The position numbers and the translations under genes were made by a program. This document shows, piece after piece, positions 1 to 9,511 of a stretch of DNA of 64,000 bases (positions within the stretch are counted from its first letter, which is position 1; each line of letters starts with the position of its first letter). This DNA comes from Methanobacteriota archaeon (GTDB lineage Archaea > Thermoplasmatota > Poseidoniia > Poseidoniales > Poseidoniaceae): NCBI GenBank assembly GCA_038104845.1, contig JAYOBJ010000005.1, forward strand, positions 8,809 to 72,808, read 5' to 3'. The notes under the pieces are model-generated. The model had not been told where the DNA came from and ran no database searches. It saw nothing but the letters and a program-made list of their open reading frames with translations.

Positions 1-50
1 CCGGTACCGGCATCCCCGTCGTTGTTGGGGATGAAGGCAAGTCCCCCAAG

Positions 51-755
51 GTGCCCTTCATCGTGGCCGGGGCACTCGCCGCCATCGGTGTGGTGTCGTT
101 CCTGATCTCAGCGGCCATCGGTGCATCCGCCATCGCCGCCTTTGATGACCTGTCAACAGAGGATTACACGATGCAGCACGGAGACAGCGTGACCCTCACG
201 TACGACGACGATGACGGATTGGGCGAAGAAGGATGGTACCTGCTGATTCCCGGTGATCCCAAGGCCGATGTGAACAACAACGGCATCATGGACGATTGCG
301 AAGGGATCGTCTTCACGGTGATCGACGGCCAAGGCAACGACGTCTCGGACCAAGTGGCGAGGATTTCCTGTTCCACCGACACCGTCGCCGAATCCTCCAA
401 CGCCGGGGAGCCTTACTATGACATTGAGAATCACATCGTCGTAGCCCGCATGTGCTACACCATCGAGGAGTACAACGACGCCGGCGAGTACACCCAAGAG
501 CACGACTGCTCGGAAGGCGACCGGTTCACCTTCAGCAACAACGCCAGCGTGAACATGAGCGTGGTTGACCTGGATGCCATGTTCCTCCCCGTCATCGAGG
601 AGGCCATCGGTGCGGGCATCGGTGCGTTTGCTGCTGGAGCCGCCGGCTGCTTCACCATGTGCGGTGGGATCATCGCACTCATCGTGGCCCTGATTCGGGT
701 GAGTTCGAAGCCAAAAGGTTCGGCAACGATGCAGCAGCAGTTCATCATGCAATGA
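51..755 (+). CDS. Hypothetical membrane-anchored acidic protein (may be 5'-truncated by the window edge)
   Basis: The frame is open back to base 3, and the only in-window start is GTG at 51. Hydrophobic helices at both ends (FIVAGALAAIGVVSFLISAAIG; GCFTMCGGIIALIVALI) flank an acidic, Cys-containing middle domain. No family recognised. Confidence 0.45.
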   Translation: MPFIVAGALAAIGVVSFLISAAIGASAIAAFDDLSTEDYTMQHGDSVTLTYDDDDGLGEEGWYLLIPGDPKADVNNNGIMDDCEGIVFTVIDGQGNDVSDQVARISCSTDTVAESSNAGEPYYDIENHIVVARMCYTIEEYNDAGEYTQEHDCSEGDRFTFSNNASVNMSVVDLDAMFLPVIEEAIGAGIGAFAAGAAGCFTMCGGIIALIVALIRVSSKPKGSATMQQQFIMQ

Positions 756-1547
756 TCATTCGAACACCGGTGGTCGCTTCTCGAGAAAGGCACGAACACC
801 TTCTTTGAACGCTGGTGTGGTACCAGCCGCTTCGATCAAGGTGCGCTCGTGGTCAAGGTGCTTAGCGAAGTCGTGCTCGGATTGAACGTGGAGCAGGTGC
901 TTCGTGGCTTCCTTGGTGTGGGCGCCCCATGCCGACCAAGCCTTGGCCAGCGCCAACGCAGTATCGAGGAGGGCATCGGGTTCAACGAAGACATCGATTG
1001 CACCGGCTTCGTACGCTTCGCGACCCGACCAAATTTCGTTTCCGAAAAAAAACCGACGTGCACGCTGTTCCCCCACAAGCCGAGGCAGCAGCCATGTTGT
1101 TCCGCCGTCCGGTGAAAGGCCCATGCCAGCGTAGGACGCCGCCATGCGTGCATCTTGTGTGCCCACCCGAGCGTCGCATGCCAGCGCCAAGCCGAGTCCA
1201 CCGCCCGCTGAAACTCCGTTCAAGGCGGCGATCACCACGGTGGAGGAGGTTCGAATGCGCATCAACAGCGGATGAAGCACACCGGTCAACGACCGGATGA
1301 GCGCCGGTGCTTCTTGTGCCTCAATCGCCGTTTGAAAGGCGTTGATGTCGGCACCTGCGGAAAAGAAACGCCCTTCACCCGTGAGAACGATGGCCTTGGT
1401 CGCAGGGTCGCTCAAGCCCGCATCGATGGCTTTGGCAATTTGGGGAAGAAAGGCCTCAGAAAACGATTGCGTGGAGGTTTTTCCCGCCATCGTGATGAGA
1501 CGAACCTGGTCCAACTGCTCCTCACGGACGGCCATCGAATCCCTCAC
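756..1547 (-). CDS. Enoyl-CoA hydratase/isomerase (crotonase) family protein
   Basis: Crotonase motifs LTGEGRFFSAGADINAF and GVSAGGGLGLALACD. The GTG start overlaps the upstream ALDH stop (GTGA), suggesting an operon. An alternative ATG is at 1535. Confidence 0.85.
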   Translation of the reverse strand: MRDSMAVREEQLDQVRLITMAGKTSTQSFSEAFLPQIAKAIDAGLSDPATKAIVLTGEGRFFSAGADINAFQTAIEAQEAPALIRSLTGVLHPLLMRIRTSSTVVIAALNGVSAGGGLGLALACDARVGTQDARMAASYAGMGLSPDGGTTWLLPRLVGEQRARRFFFGNEIWSGREAYEAGAIDVFVEPDALLDTALALAKAWSAWGAHTKEATKHLLHVQSEHDFAKHLDHERTLIEAAGTTPAFKEGVRAFLEKRPPVFE

Positions 1548-2980
1548 AACTTCACGTTGACGTTCTTCACCTTGGTGTAGAAGCGAAGCGCATCTTGACT
1601 TTGCTCAACACCGATGCCCGAATGCTTCCATCCCGTGAAGGCGGTCTGGGGGAAGGTGATGGGGTATTCGTTGATGGAGACCATGCCGCATTGGAGGTCG
1701 CGAGCCATGCGGTGGGCTCGGCTGAGGTCGTTGGTCCACACGCCGTTGAGCAACCCGAAGGGGGTGTTGTTGGCCAGGGCCAACGCTTCTTCTTCGGTGT
1801 CGAACGGCGTCACGGCGAGCACGGGTCCAAACAATTCGTCCTGGAACAAGAGGTCGTCCTGACCCACGCCGGTCACCACGGTGGCTTCCATAAAAGCCCC
1901 TTCCCGGTCAAGCGCTTGGCCCCCAAGCACGACGGTTCCACCTTGCTTGAGTCCGGCTTCGAGTTTCTCGAGCACTTCGCTTCGATGACGTTCGTGGACG
2001 AGGCTGCCCATGCGCACGCCGTCCTCCAAACCGGGACCCACCGGCCACTTGCTCACTTCGGCACACACCGCTTCCACCAAGGCGTCGTGGACGTCGCGAT
2101 GAACAAGCAAACGTGAACCGGCCCAGCACATTTGACCTGCGTTCATGAAAATGCCAAAGCAGATCGCTTTGGCGGCGTACTTCAAGTTCGCATCGGCGAA
2201 GACGATGTTGGCGCCCTTACCGCCGAGTTCAAGCGTCACCGGCGTGAGGTTCTCGCTGGCCTTGGCCATGACCGCTTGGCCGGTGGGCACGCCACCGGTC
2301 AGAACCACGCCGTCCACACCGGGATGCCCTGCGAGCGCATCGCCTGCCATGGCACCCGAACCCGTCAGCACCTGAAGCACGCCCGAAGGCAAACCCACGT
2401 CCGCCTCATCGATGGCGCGTGCCCAAGCGAGCAGCGACAAGGGTGTCCAGGATGCTGGTTTGGCGATCACCGTGCAACCGGCGGCCAAAGCGGGGGCGAT
2501 GGAACGCAGAGCCAACTGCAGCGGGAAGTTCCAAGGCACGATGTGGACCGTGACCCCGAGGGGTTGACGGAGGGTGTAGTTCAGGCGAGGACCCGGCACG
2601 GGAATGGTGCTGCCCTCGATTTTGTCGGACAAGCCGGCGTAATACTCGAGGGTCCAAGCACCGTAGCGAATCTCGGACAGGGCTTCACGAAACGTCTTGC
2701 CGTTGTTTTGCGATTCCAGTGTCGCCAAGGTCTTGGCGTGTTGGTACGTTACCGCAGCCATCTTGTTGAGGATGCGCCCGCGCTGGGCTGGGTCCATGGC
2801 CTTCCATTCCGGGGCGTTCAAGGCTGTTCTCGAGGCGGTCACACATCGCTCCACATCGTCCAGCGTCGCTCGCGGAACGGTGGCGATGACCTCACCGGTT
2901 GCGGGGTTCAACACATCGCTCGTCGCACCGTCGCTGGCGGCGCACCAAGCACCGTCCAACCACATCGTTTCCTCGGTCAT
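1544..2980 (-). CDS. NAD(P)-dependent aldehyde dehydrogenase
   Basis: ALDH motifs ELGGKGANIVF and the catalytic-Cys region FMNAGQMCWAGSRLLV. The ORF runs to 3037, but the MTEETMWLDG start at 2980 leaves a divergent promoter gap. Confidence 0.9.
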   Translation of the reverse strand: MTEETMWLDGAWCAASDGATSDVLNPATGEVIATVPRATLDDVERCVTASRTALNAPEWKAMDPAQRGRILNKMAAVTYQHAKTLATLESQNNGKTFREALSEIRYGAWTLEYYAGLSDKIEGSTIPVPGPRLNYTLRQPLGVTVHIVPWNFPLQLALRSIAPALAAGCTVIAKPASWTPLSLLAWARAIDEADVGLPSGVLQVLTGSGAMAGDALAGHPGVDGVVLTGGVPTGQAVMAKASENLTPVTLELGGKGANIVFADANLKYAAKAICFGIFMNAGQMCWAGSRLLVHRDVHDALVEAVCAEVSKWPVGPGLEDGVRMGSLVHERHRSEVLEKLEAGLKQGGTVVLGGQALDREGAFMEATVVTGVGQDDLLFQDELFGPVLAVTPFDTEEEALALANNTPFGLLNGVWTNDLSRAHRMARDLQCGMVSINEYPITFPQTAFTGWKHSGIGVEQSQDALRFYTKVKNVNVKL

Positions 2981-3048
2981 GACCGCACCACCCGGTGTCG
3001 CTTCAAAGCCGCATCGGTGCAGCAGGATGAACACCACGCTCCTGAGGC

Positions 3049-3747
3049 GTGGGCGAGAACAAACCTCATGGCGTGTCCACCGTAACCACCGCCATGGCCC
3101 AGCGCATTGGATTGGCCCAGAGTGCCGCCCAGGCCATCACTGCTCGTCCGCCCCGGTTGTTGCTCATCGCTGGTGCCACCGGTGTGGGCAAATCCACCGC
3201 CTCGGTGGGCTTGGCGGGCCGCTTGCGCATCACGAGGGTCATCTCCTCGGACGCCATTAGAGAAATCATGCGGGCCACATCGGACGATGACGAGCAAGCA
3301 GCGCTGCATCGCTCGTCCTTTTCACAAGGCGAATCGGGTGAGGCGGTCAACGACTGGTTGTCCACCTGCCAAGCAGTGGAGCCCGGTCTGAAGGCCACCA
3401 TCAATCGAGCTCGAAGGGAGGGCATTGACCTCATCGTTGAGGGCGTTCACATCGTCCCGAGCGCTCGGTTGTTGCGCGATTGGACGGACAGCGGCGGCGT
3501 GGCGCTTGGCGTGGTGATGGTGGTGGACGACCCCACCGACCACCGGGCGATGCTGAAATCACGCGATGCCCATTCCTACCGTCGTTCGGACCGCTATCTG
3601 GCCAACTTCGATCGCATTCGCTCCATCCAAAACGGCCTGATCGAGCGTGCCAAAATCGCCAATTGGGATCAAGTGGACCCCACGCGGGTTGACGACGTGG
3701 AACGCATCGTGACCTTGCTGGAACGCACGGTCCGGAACCATCGGTGA
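3049..3747 (+). CDS. 2-phosphoglycerate kinase-like P-loop kinase
   Basis: P-loop LLIAGATGVGKSTASVGLAGRL followed by VISSDAIREIMRA and LIVEGVH, the pattern of the archaeal 2PGK family. The start may instead be the ATG at 3094. Confidence 0.7.
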   Translation: MGENKPHGVSTVTTAMAQRIGLAQSAAQAITARPPRLLLIAGATGVGKSTASVGLAGRLRITRVISSDAIREIMRATSDDDEQAALHRSSFSQGESGEAVNDWLSTCQAVEPGLKATINRARREGIDLIVEGVHIVPSARLLRDWTDSGGVALGVVMVVDDPTDHRAMLKSRDAHSYRRSDRYLANFDRIRSIQNGLIERAKIANWDQVDPTRVDDVERIVTLLERTVRNHR

Positions 3748-3754
3748 ACGGACC

Positions 3755-4192
3755 TCATGCGTCGAGGGTGAAGTCGATGTCGAAGGTCAGCATGGCTTCA
3801 CCGTCCGATACACCAAGTTCACCCGTCACTTCCAACGTGTTCGCATCCAGCTGGGTGACGGTCATGCCGGTGATCTTGATCTCAACACCGCGCACTTCAC
3901 CGTGATGCAACAAGTCGTCGTGGACCGAGGCCACAGCCAGTTCGGCTGCTTCAACGCCTTCCAAGCCACCGTCCATCCACAAGTCGGTGCGAGCCTGGGT
4001 CAGCGGTTGCAACTGGTCCAGCACCTCCTCGGTGGCGACCAAGACATCGTCCGATGCGGGCTCGTGCGGCAAAGTCAACCCGGCGACCTTCACACCAAAG
4101 ATCGCCATGGAAAGCAGCGACATCAGCAGCACCACGCCCGTGGCGAGCAGCATTTGACCCCCGGTGTTGGCCTGCAGGTCACGTCGCTGCAT
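3755..4192 (-). CDS. Type IV pilin-like protein (class III signal peptide, Gln at +1)
   Basis: The ORF extends to 4390, but the ATG at 4192 gives MQRRDLQANTGG|QMLLATGVVLLMSLLSMAIFG, a charged leader followed by G|Q and a hydrophobic helix. This start overlaps the preceding stop (TGATG). It is the last gene of the pilus operon. Confidence 0.55.
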   Translation of the reverse strand: MQRRDLQANTGGQMLLATGVVLLMSLLSMAIFGVKVAGLTLPHEPASDDVLVATEEVLDQLQPLTQARTDLWMDGGLEGVEAAELAVASVHDDLLHHGEVRGVEIKITGMTVTQLDANTLEVTGELGVSDGEAMLTFDIDFTLDA

Positions 4193-4632
4193 CAAGCACC
4201 ACCGCCTCGCGCCCACACGTCCAGTGTCACGGTCCAAGCGTGTGGACCAACCACCACGAGTCGATGAACGGCCACCGTCCCACCCGTGGGTGTCCCCACG
4301 GTGCCGTGAGGCGTGGAGGTGGCGCTGTCCTTGGCCAACCAGCAATTGCCTTCTTTGCCAGCCGGCAGGGCCGATTGAAGGAGGAGGCACGCGGCCTCGC
4401 GGTCGTCGTTGGCCAGCAGTTCACCCAACCGATGGTCCCCTGACGTTTCGGCGGGAACACCCAACCCATACCGGATGGCGTCTTCTCCAGCCATTTCCAA
4501 CGAGGCATCGAGGGCAACCGACGCTGAATCGGGTACGTCAACACGAATGAGGAACGTTGCGGACATGAAGAAGAGCCAAAACAGGGTCAACATCTCAAGA
4601 ATGTGGATTTGACCGCTATCGTCGTCCTTCAC
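4192..4632 (-). CDS. Type IV pilin-like protein (G|Q..E signal)
   Basis: GTG at 4632 lies 1 nt after the upstream stop. The N-terminus (M)KDDDSG|QIHILEMLTLFWLFFMSATFLI resembles EppA-processed archaeal pilins (KG|QI..E..). The track ORF start at 4665 would overlap the upstream gene by 32 nt. Confidence 0.5.
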   Translation of the reverse strand: MKDDDSGQIHILEMLTLFWLFFMSATFLIRVDVPDSASVALDASLEMAGEDAIRYGLGVPAETSGDHRLGELLANDDREAACLLLQSALPAGKEGNCWLAKDSATSTPHGTVGTPTGGTVAVHRLVVVGPHAWTVTLDVWARGGGA

Positions 4633-4633
4633 G

Positions 4634-6208
4634 CTAAACACCCCAATACAGCGGGGTGGGGACAAAGGTGCCCGATGAGGGGTTGAGCCCTGGTACTTCC
4701 GTAATGCCGATGAGATCGGGGGAGAAGGCCACGAAGTTGAACACCAGCAGCGCCACGATGATCATCATCCCCGAATGCTTGAAGCCGGTGGAAAATCGAC
4801 CCGTGGCCATCAACCCGGCCATGGAGCCGTTTCCAAGGGCTTGCATGGTGACTCCATAATAGAAAATGGTCACGAAAAACAGCGGATCAATGTTACGAAT
4901 CGTCATGTTTCCGATGGTTTGACCGCCGCTGTCGCCACCGTCCTCACCACCGCTGTTCGAACCAGCAATAGCAGGAATAAACACCTTGGCCAACACAACA
5001 ATCACGCCGAGAAACACAAAGTACGATGTCCAAATCACCGCAATATAGGAGCCAATGGCGCGTTTACGTTCACCTTCCAGGAACTTGAGTTCTCGGGAGT
5101 CGTTGGCGGCGGTGACCAAAATGTCGGAGATCTTTCCACCGGCACGGTCGGCTTCTGCGATGAGGGCGATGGCCCGTTGAACCAGCGGCGTGCCCACCCG
5201 GTCGGCGAATTGACGAATGACGTCGCTGAACTTGATGCCCCAACTCAATTGGTCGGACATTTTCTTGACTTCGTCATTGAGCGCCCCGTATTCGGACGTC
5301 GCAAGGGTCTGAACAGCGACCGTCATCGACAGACCGCCCTTCCAGTATTCGGCCAGGTCGCGCAAGAAGTCAGGGAACTTCTCCTCCACCTCGTTTTTCG
5401 CATCTTCCACCTTCTCCCAGTAGTAGGAGGCCGGGTAGATGAAGAAAAAGAACGTCAAGCCGAACCAGTTGAGGAACATGGTCGGATGGACACTCACCGG
5501 ACCCGCCGAAACTTTTGGTCCGAGCCAGAGGGATTTGTTGTTCATGTTGCTGGGAATGCCATCGTAGTAGTGGACGGTCATGTCGAACGTGATTTCCTTG
5601 AGGAAGTGTGTGTCTTCAGTCGACATGAACACGAGTTCATATCGGGTGTCCGGGTCAATGGTCACCATGTCCAACCCACAATTTCCTGAGTTAGCGGTGC
5701 CGTTGTAGTACTCGAGTATCTCACCGCGTGGTGCTCGGATGGCCACCGTGTAGTCGTAGTCGTCCACGGCCTCCACGGTGCAGTTCAACCACAGCGGCTG
5801 AAGCACCACGGCGCCACCGGTCGCTTCGGGAGGTACGCCGGGTACGTCGAAATTTTTACCACGCTTGGTGACCGAAGTCCACTCTTCGCCTTCCCAAGTG
5901 ATGCGATCGGGAGCGTCCCTGAGAATGTTGCATGTTTCGTTGGCCGTGTACGTCGGTTGCTGGTTGGTTTGGAAGAATTCACCGGTGGGATTGCCAGCTT
6001 CGTCCTGAGCGGTGGCGCCGCAGTACATGTTGGTGAACATGGGTTCGCCGTTGGCGGTTGGGATGAAGCCGGAATTCGTGATCCAAAACAAGCCGCTTCC
6101 AATACCGAGGATGATGGAGAAAAAGAGAATGATGTAGAGTTTGGTCAAGGTCGTGTCGTCCTTGGGCAGGTCAAGATTGACCACGATTTTCTCCTTCTTT
6201 CGTGCCAC
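4634..6208 (-). CDS. Pilus membrane platform protein (T2SS-F / FlaJ / TadC-like) with large N-terminal ectodomain
   Basis: The C-terminal half carries a T2SS-F type domain (FPDFLRDLAEYWKGGLSMTVAVQ...LVQRAIALIAEADRAGGKISDIL) plus TM helices. After the first TM helix, aa ~44-243 form an extracytoplasmic insert with 4 Cys and N-X-S/T sequons. Confidence 0.75.
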   Translation of the reverse strand: MARKKEKIVVNLDLPKDDTTLTKLYIILFFSIILGIGSGLFWITNSGFIPTANGEPMFTNMYCGATAQDEAGNPTGEFFQTNQQPTYTANETCNILRDAPDRITWEGEEWTSVTKRGKNFDVPGVPPEATGGAVVLQPLWLNCTVEAVDDYDYTVAIRAPRGEILEYYNGTANSGNCGLDMVTIDPDTRYELVFMSTEDTHFLKEITFDMTVHYYDGIPSNMNNKSLWLGPKVSAGPVSVHPTMFLNWFGLTFFFFIYPASYYWEKVEDAKNEVEEKFPDFLRDLAEYWKGGLSMTVAVQTLATSEYGALNDEVKKMSDQLSWGIKFSDVIRQFADRVGTPLVQRAIALIAEADRAGGKISDILVTAANDSRELKFLEGERKRAIGSYIAVIWTSYFVFLGVIVVLAKVFIPAIAGSNSGGEDGGDSGGQTIGNMTIRNIDPLFFVTIFYYGVTMQALGNGSMAGLMATGRFSTGFKHSGMMIIVALLVFNFVAFSPDLIGITEVPGLNPSSGTFVPTPLYWGV

Positions 6209-6220
6209 GACCTCACCCCC

Positions 6221-7240
6221 TCACATGTCCTGTTCCTTGCTGCTGGTCCACACCAAAATGGCGTAGGCAACGTGAATCATCGGAATGAAACCCAGCACGA
6301 TGCCGTAGAGCATGCCTTCGCTCATCTGTGCGCCCGAACCGGACACCCAGAACATGATGACCAGCATGACAATCAAAAACAACGGCATAGCAACCGCCAC
6401 CACAATGTACGATTCAGCCAGCAAAGCGATGGACTCCAAAAAGACACCCAAACGGGTTCGGTTTTCACGCATGTAGTGCTCAGCGCGATTGAGGAAGAAC
6501 AACTTGAGCTGACCACCCGCCGTCAGGGTGCCGACCATGCCCTGGAAAAACTCGGTCAGCCACACCGAAGCGGCCCGGTCGACACTCAATTTCATCGCTG
6601 AAATCAAATCGTAGCCCAACAGCGTGATGTCGCGATAAATCATGGCGGCATCGTCAGCGACGTCGCCGTAGATGTCCTTGTTCATCGCAAGGGAGCGGAA
6701 AATCTTCCCCGGTGTAGCGTTGGCTGCCGACATGGCCGCGGTGTACGAGGCCGCATAGGGCAGGTACTTTTCGATCATGTCACCGCGTCGTTTGGCTTCA
6801 CGAGATGCCCCGCCTTTGTTGTACTTGTACGCTCCGTAGGGGATGAGGACGCCACCGACCATCACGATGATCCCCTTCAAGACGGGAGGGAACACTTGCA
6901 AGGCGAACTCTGGGCAACCGTTGCCAGGCAGGTTCGGGTCCACCAAGGACGGGTTCCAGTACTCCCATTCAAAACAGGGATCGACGGTGGTAGCGTCTTG
7001 GATGCTCTCATAAAAGGCGATCACACCGATTTGTGGAATGAAAAAGATGGCCACGAACGCCCACGACATCAGGGTGATGGCGATGGATGTGATGATGACC
7101 GTGGAGAGATAGACCTCCGGCATCATGCCCATGGAACCCTTGACCAGGTCCGCCGACAGTTCCTTATCAGCACGTGCTCGTTTTTTGACGACAGGGCCAA
7201 GGACGCGATTGCAAATCCTCTGCCAGGCCGTCAAATCCAT
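6221..7240 (-). CDS. Pilus membrane platform protein (FlaJ / TadB-like)
   Basis: It has a cytoplasmic helical N-domain (LSADLVKGSMGMMPEVYLSTVII...), several TM helices and a second helical segment (AMIYRDITLLGYDLISAMKLS). It sits between the ATPase and the second platform gene. Confidence 0.7.
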   Translation of the reverse strand: MDLTAWQRICNRVLGPVVKKRARADKELSADLVKGSMGMMPEVYLSTVIITSIAITLMSWAFVAIFFIPQIGVIAFYESIQDATTVDPCFEWEYWNPSLVDPNLPGNGCPEFALQVFPPVLKGIIVMVGGVLIPYGAYKYNKGGASREAKRRGDMIEKYLPYAASYTAAMSAANATPGKIFRSLAMNKDIYGDVADDAAMIYRDITLLGYDLISAMKLSVDRAASVWLTEFFQGMVGTLTAGGQLKLFFLNRAEHYMRENRTRLGVFLESIALLAESYIVVAVAMPLFLIVMLVIMFWVSGSGAQMSEGMLYGIVLGFIPMIHVAYAILVWTSSKEQDM

Positions 7241-7261
7241 GCCTTCACCACCTTGAGCTTG

Positions 7262-8785
7262 TCACTTCAACCCGTCCACACGGGCCATAATTTCGTTGGG
7301 GCGGACGTAGTACTCCGTAACGATTTGCGAAACTTGGTCGGCCTTACGGATGTCGTTAAGCACCATCCACTCAAGGATGCGCTTTCGAGTGCGGAGTTCA
7401 CGCCGCATCTCTTCTTGGCTGTAGTTGATTTTGACCATAATCTTCTCCAGCACGTACGATTTGCCGCTGAACACGAAATCATCGTTCGTCACGTCCCAAC
7501 GGAACACCTCGTTGGTGATGACTTCCATGGAGTTGGGGTCGATGCCGACGATTTCCACCAGCTGCTTGGTTCGTCGAACACGACGCCCGTTGATACGGGT
7601 TTGAATCTGGATCGCGCAGGCTTCAAGCGCCGGCAGCAACACACGCGGGATGTCGATTGGTTTGTTCTCCAATCGGTGAACGAGCGAAGGCACAGAGTCG
7701 GCGTGGACGGTGGAGTACGCACAATGCCCCGTGGCCATGGCTTGGAACAGCACATAGGCTTCAGCACCACGAATTTCACCGACAATGATGTACTCCGGAC
7801 GTTCGCGAAGCGCAGCTTTGAGGAGTTCGAACTCACCGATGACACCTTCTTTGGATTCACCACCGAAGCCCTGACGCGTCAACCCAGGAAGCCAGTTTGG
7901 CTGGGGGATGTTGACCTCACGGGTGGATTCGATGGAGACGATCTTCATTTGCCAAGGGATGAAGATGCACATGGCGTTGAGGGTGGTGGTCTTCCCGGAG
8001 GCGGTCCCGCCCACGAACAGCATGGGCACTTCGTTTTGGAAGGCGACCCACAGGTAAGCCACCATCAGCGAAGACATGGTCCGGAACGCCACGATGTCGG
8101 CCGGTGAAAACGGGTCGTCCTTGAATCGACGGATACAGAACGAGGACCCGCGTGTGGACACTTCTCGGCCCAATTTCATGACGATACGTGACCCGTCCAT
8201 CAAGGTCGCATCGAGCAACGGGTCGGCAACGGAGATGTGCTTGCCGCAACGCTGTGCAAGCTTGATCACGTAGGATTCGAGTTCGTGGTCCGTCTCCCAA
8301 ACACAAGTGGTTTCCACCGACTCAAACTTTCGATGATAGGCAAAAATGGGGACGTTGGTCCCGTCGAGGGAAATGTCTTCCACGTTGATGTCGTTCATCA
8401 GCACGTCCATCTTTCCATAGCCGATGAGGTCGCGGCGGAGGTAGTAAAACAGCTTGGACTTGGATTTCTTGTTGATTTTCATCGAGTAGGCCTTGATCAC
8501 CTTGTCCATGGCCGTGCGAACATAGGCTTCCGGGTTGGTATCGATTTCCTCAATGTTGGCCGTCAAGGACCGAATGAAAATGTCCATGATTTCTTCCCGT
8601 TGTTCCTGCTCTTTTTTGGTCAACGGGGGTTCAATGATTTGGTAGATGATGTTGAGGGTTTGCTTGTCGCGAACGATGCGAGCAAAGGCGTGAGGGGGCA
8701 TCACGGGGTACTTGTCCAGTTCGTCGTATTGTGCGCGCTGTTTGTTGCGCTGACGTCGTTCCCCACCGCCTTTTTTTCTCGCCAT
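7262..8785 (-). CDS. Type IV filament assembly ATPase (FlaI/ArlI/EpdL/TadA family)
   Basis: Walker A FVGGTASGKTTTLNA, Walker B/Asp box YIIVGEIRGAEAYVLFQAMATGH and His box STVHA. The basic N-terminus is typical of archaeal FlaI-like ATPases. Confidence 0.9.
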   Translation of the reverse strand: MARKKGGGERRQRNKQRAQYDELDKYPVMPPHAFARIVRDKQTLNIIYQIIEPPLTKKEQEQREEIMDIFIRSLTANIEEIDTNPEAYVRTAMDKVIKAYSMKINKKSKSKLFYYLRRDLIGYGKMDVLMNDINVEDISLDGTNVPIFAYHRKFESVETTCVWETDHELESYVIKLAQRCGKHISVADPLLDATLMDGSRIVMKLGREVSTRGSSFCIRRFKDDPFSPADIVAFRTMSSLMVAYLWVAFQNEVPMLFVGGTASGKTTTLNAMCIFIPWQMKIVSIESTREVNIPQPNWLPGLTRQGFGGESKEGVIGEFELLKAALRERPEYIIVGEIRGAEAYVLFQAMATGHCAYSTVHADSVPSLVHRLENKPIDIPRVLLPALEACAIQIQTRINGRRVRRTKQLVEIVGIDPNSMEVITNEVFRWDVTNDDFVFSGKSYVLEKIMVKINYSQEEMRRELRTRKRILEWMVLNDIRKADQVSQIVTEYYVRPNEIMARVDGLK

Positions 8786-8830
8786 GGTTCACGACCCCCC
8801 CGATTCCATTTGCTTACAGCCTCTCCCCGA

Positions 8831-8836
8831 CTATAA
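8831..8836 (-). promoter_or_regulatory. Possible TATA-like box for the pilus operon
   Basis: The minus strand reads TTATAG about 47-51 nt upstream of the ATPase ATG (8785) in a 119-nt gap. This is a weak match. Confidence 0.2.
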
Positions 8837-8904
8837 CACTTGGGTGAAATTCGCCTCCAAAAGGACGGACTGTGAAGCCGTTTTCGGGTCCCAAAGGGAA
8901 GGTT

Positions 8905-9459
8905 TCAGCCCCCAAAATGCTCAGCCATCCATGCACCGCATACGGCCTTGAAACCAGCCAGCGGTTGGTTGTTGTCCAAAACATCGTTCGCACAAGCGAT
9001 CAACCGGTCCAGCCCCCATCCGATTTCCCGGGCGTTGCGAGCTTCAAAGGCGGCCCGGTCGCCGTCCTCGCTTCGTCCCCGCTGCTGGATGCGTTGAAAA
9101 CGAACTTCATCATCGGCAACGATGGCCACCGTTCGGTAGTTGGCTCCCCATCGCTGGGTGAACACCGCATGCTCGGCGGTGCCGCGCAAGCCCTCGATGA
9201 GCACGACCTCATGGTCGCGCAGCAGCGCATCGACGTGGTCGCCCAATCGAACGGCCAACACGTCCTCCCCGTGAGCCCGGCGGAGGTCAGCGGCGACCTC
9301 GCCAAAGACGTGGGGTGCTTCCTCCAAGCCACGTGAGCGCACCTCTGCCCGCACCATGTCGCCCATCGACACCACGGGAACGCCGGCATCGATGAGGACG
9401 TTGGCGAACTCGCCTTTCCCCGAACCGGGCATGCCGCAAACGGCCACGACCTGAGCCAT
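8905..9459 (-). CDS. UPF0200-type nucleotide/dephospho-CoA kinase-like P-loop protein
   Basis: MAQVVAVCGMPGSGKGEFANVLIDAGVPVVSMGDMVRAEVRSRGLE matches the archaeal UPF0200 pattern (GMPGSGKG...VSMGD.VR.E). The start was taken at the ATG at 9459 rather than the ORF start at 9486. Confidence 0.65.
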   Translation of the reverse strand: MAQVVAVCGMPGSGKGEFANVLIDAGVPVVSMGDMVRAEVRSRGLEEAPHVFGEVAADLRRAHGEDVLAVRLGDHVDALLRDHEVVLIEGLRGTAEHAVFTQRWGANYRTVAIVADDEVRFQRIQQRGRSEDGDRAAFEARNAREIGWGLDRLIACANDVLDNNQPLAGFKAVCGAWMAEHFGG

Positions 9460-9511
9460 GGCGTCCAACCGCCGCCCGCCGCCCATGAAGGTACCCCCAA
9501 GTGTTGGGGGT

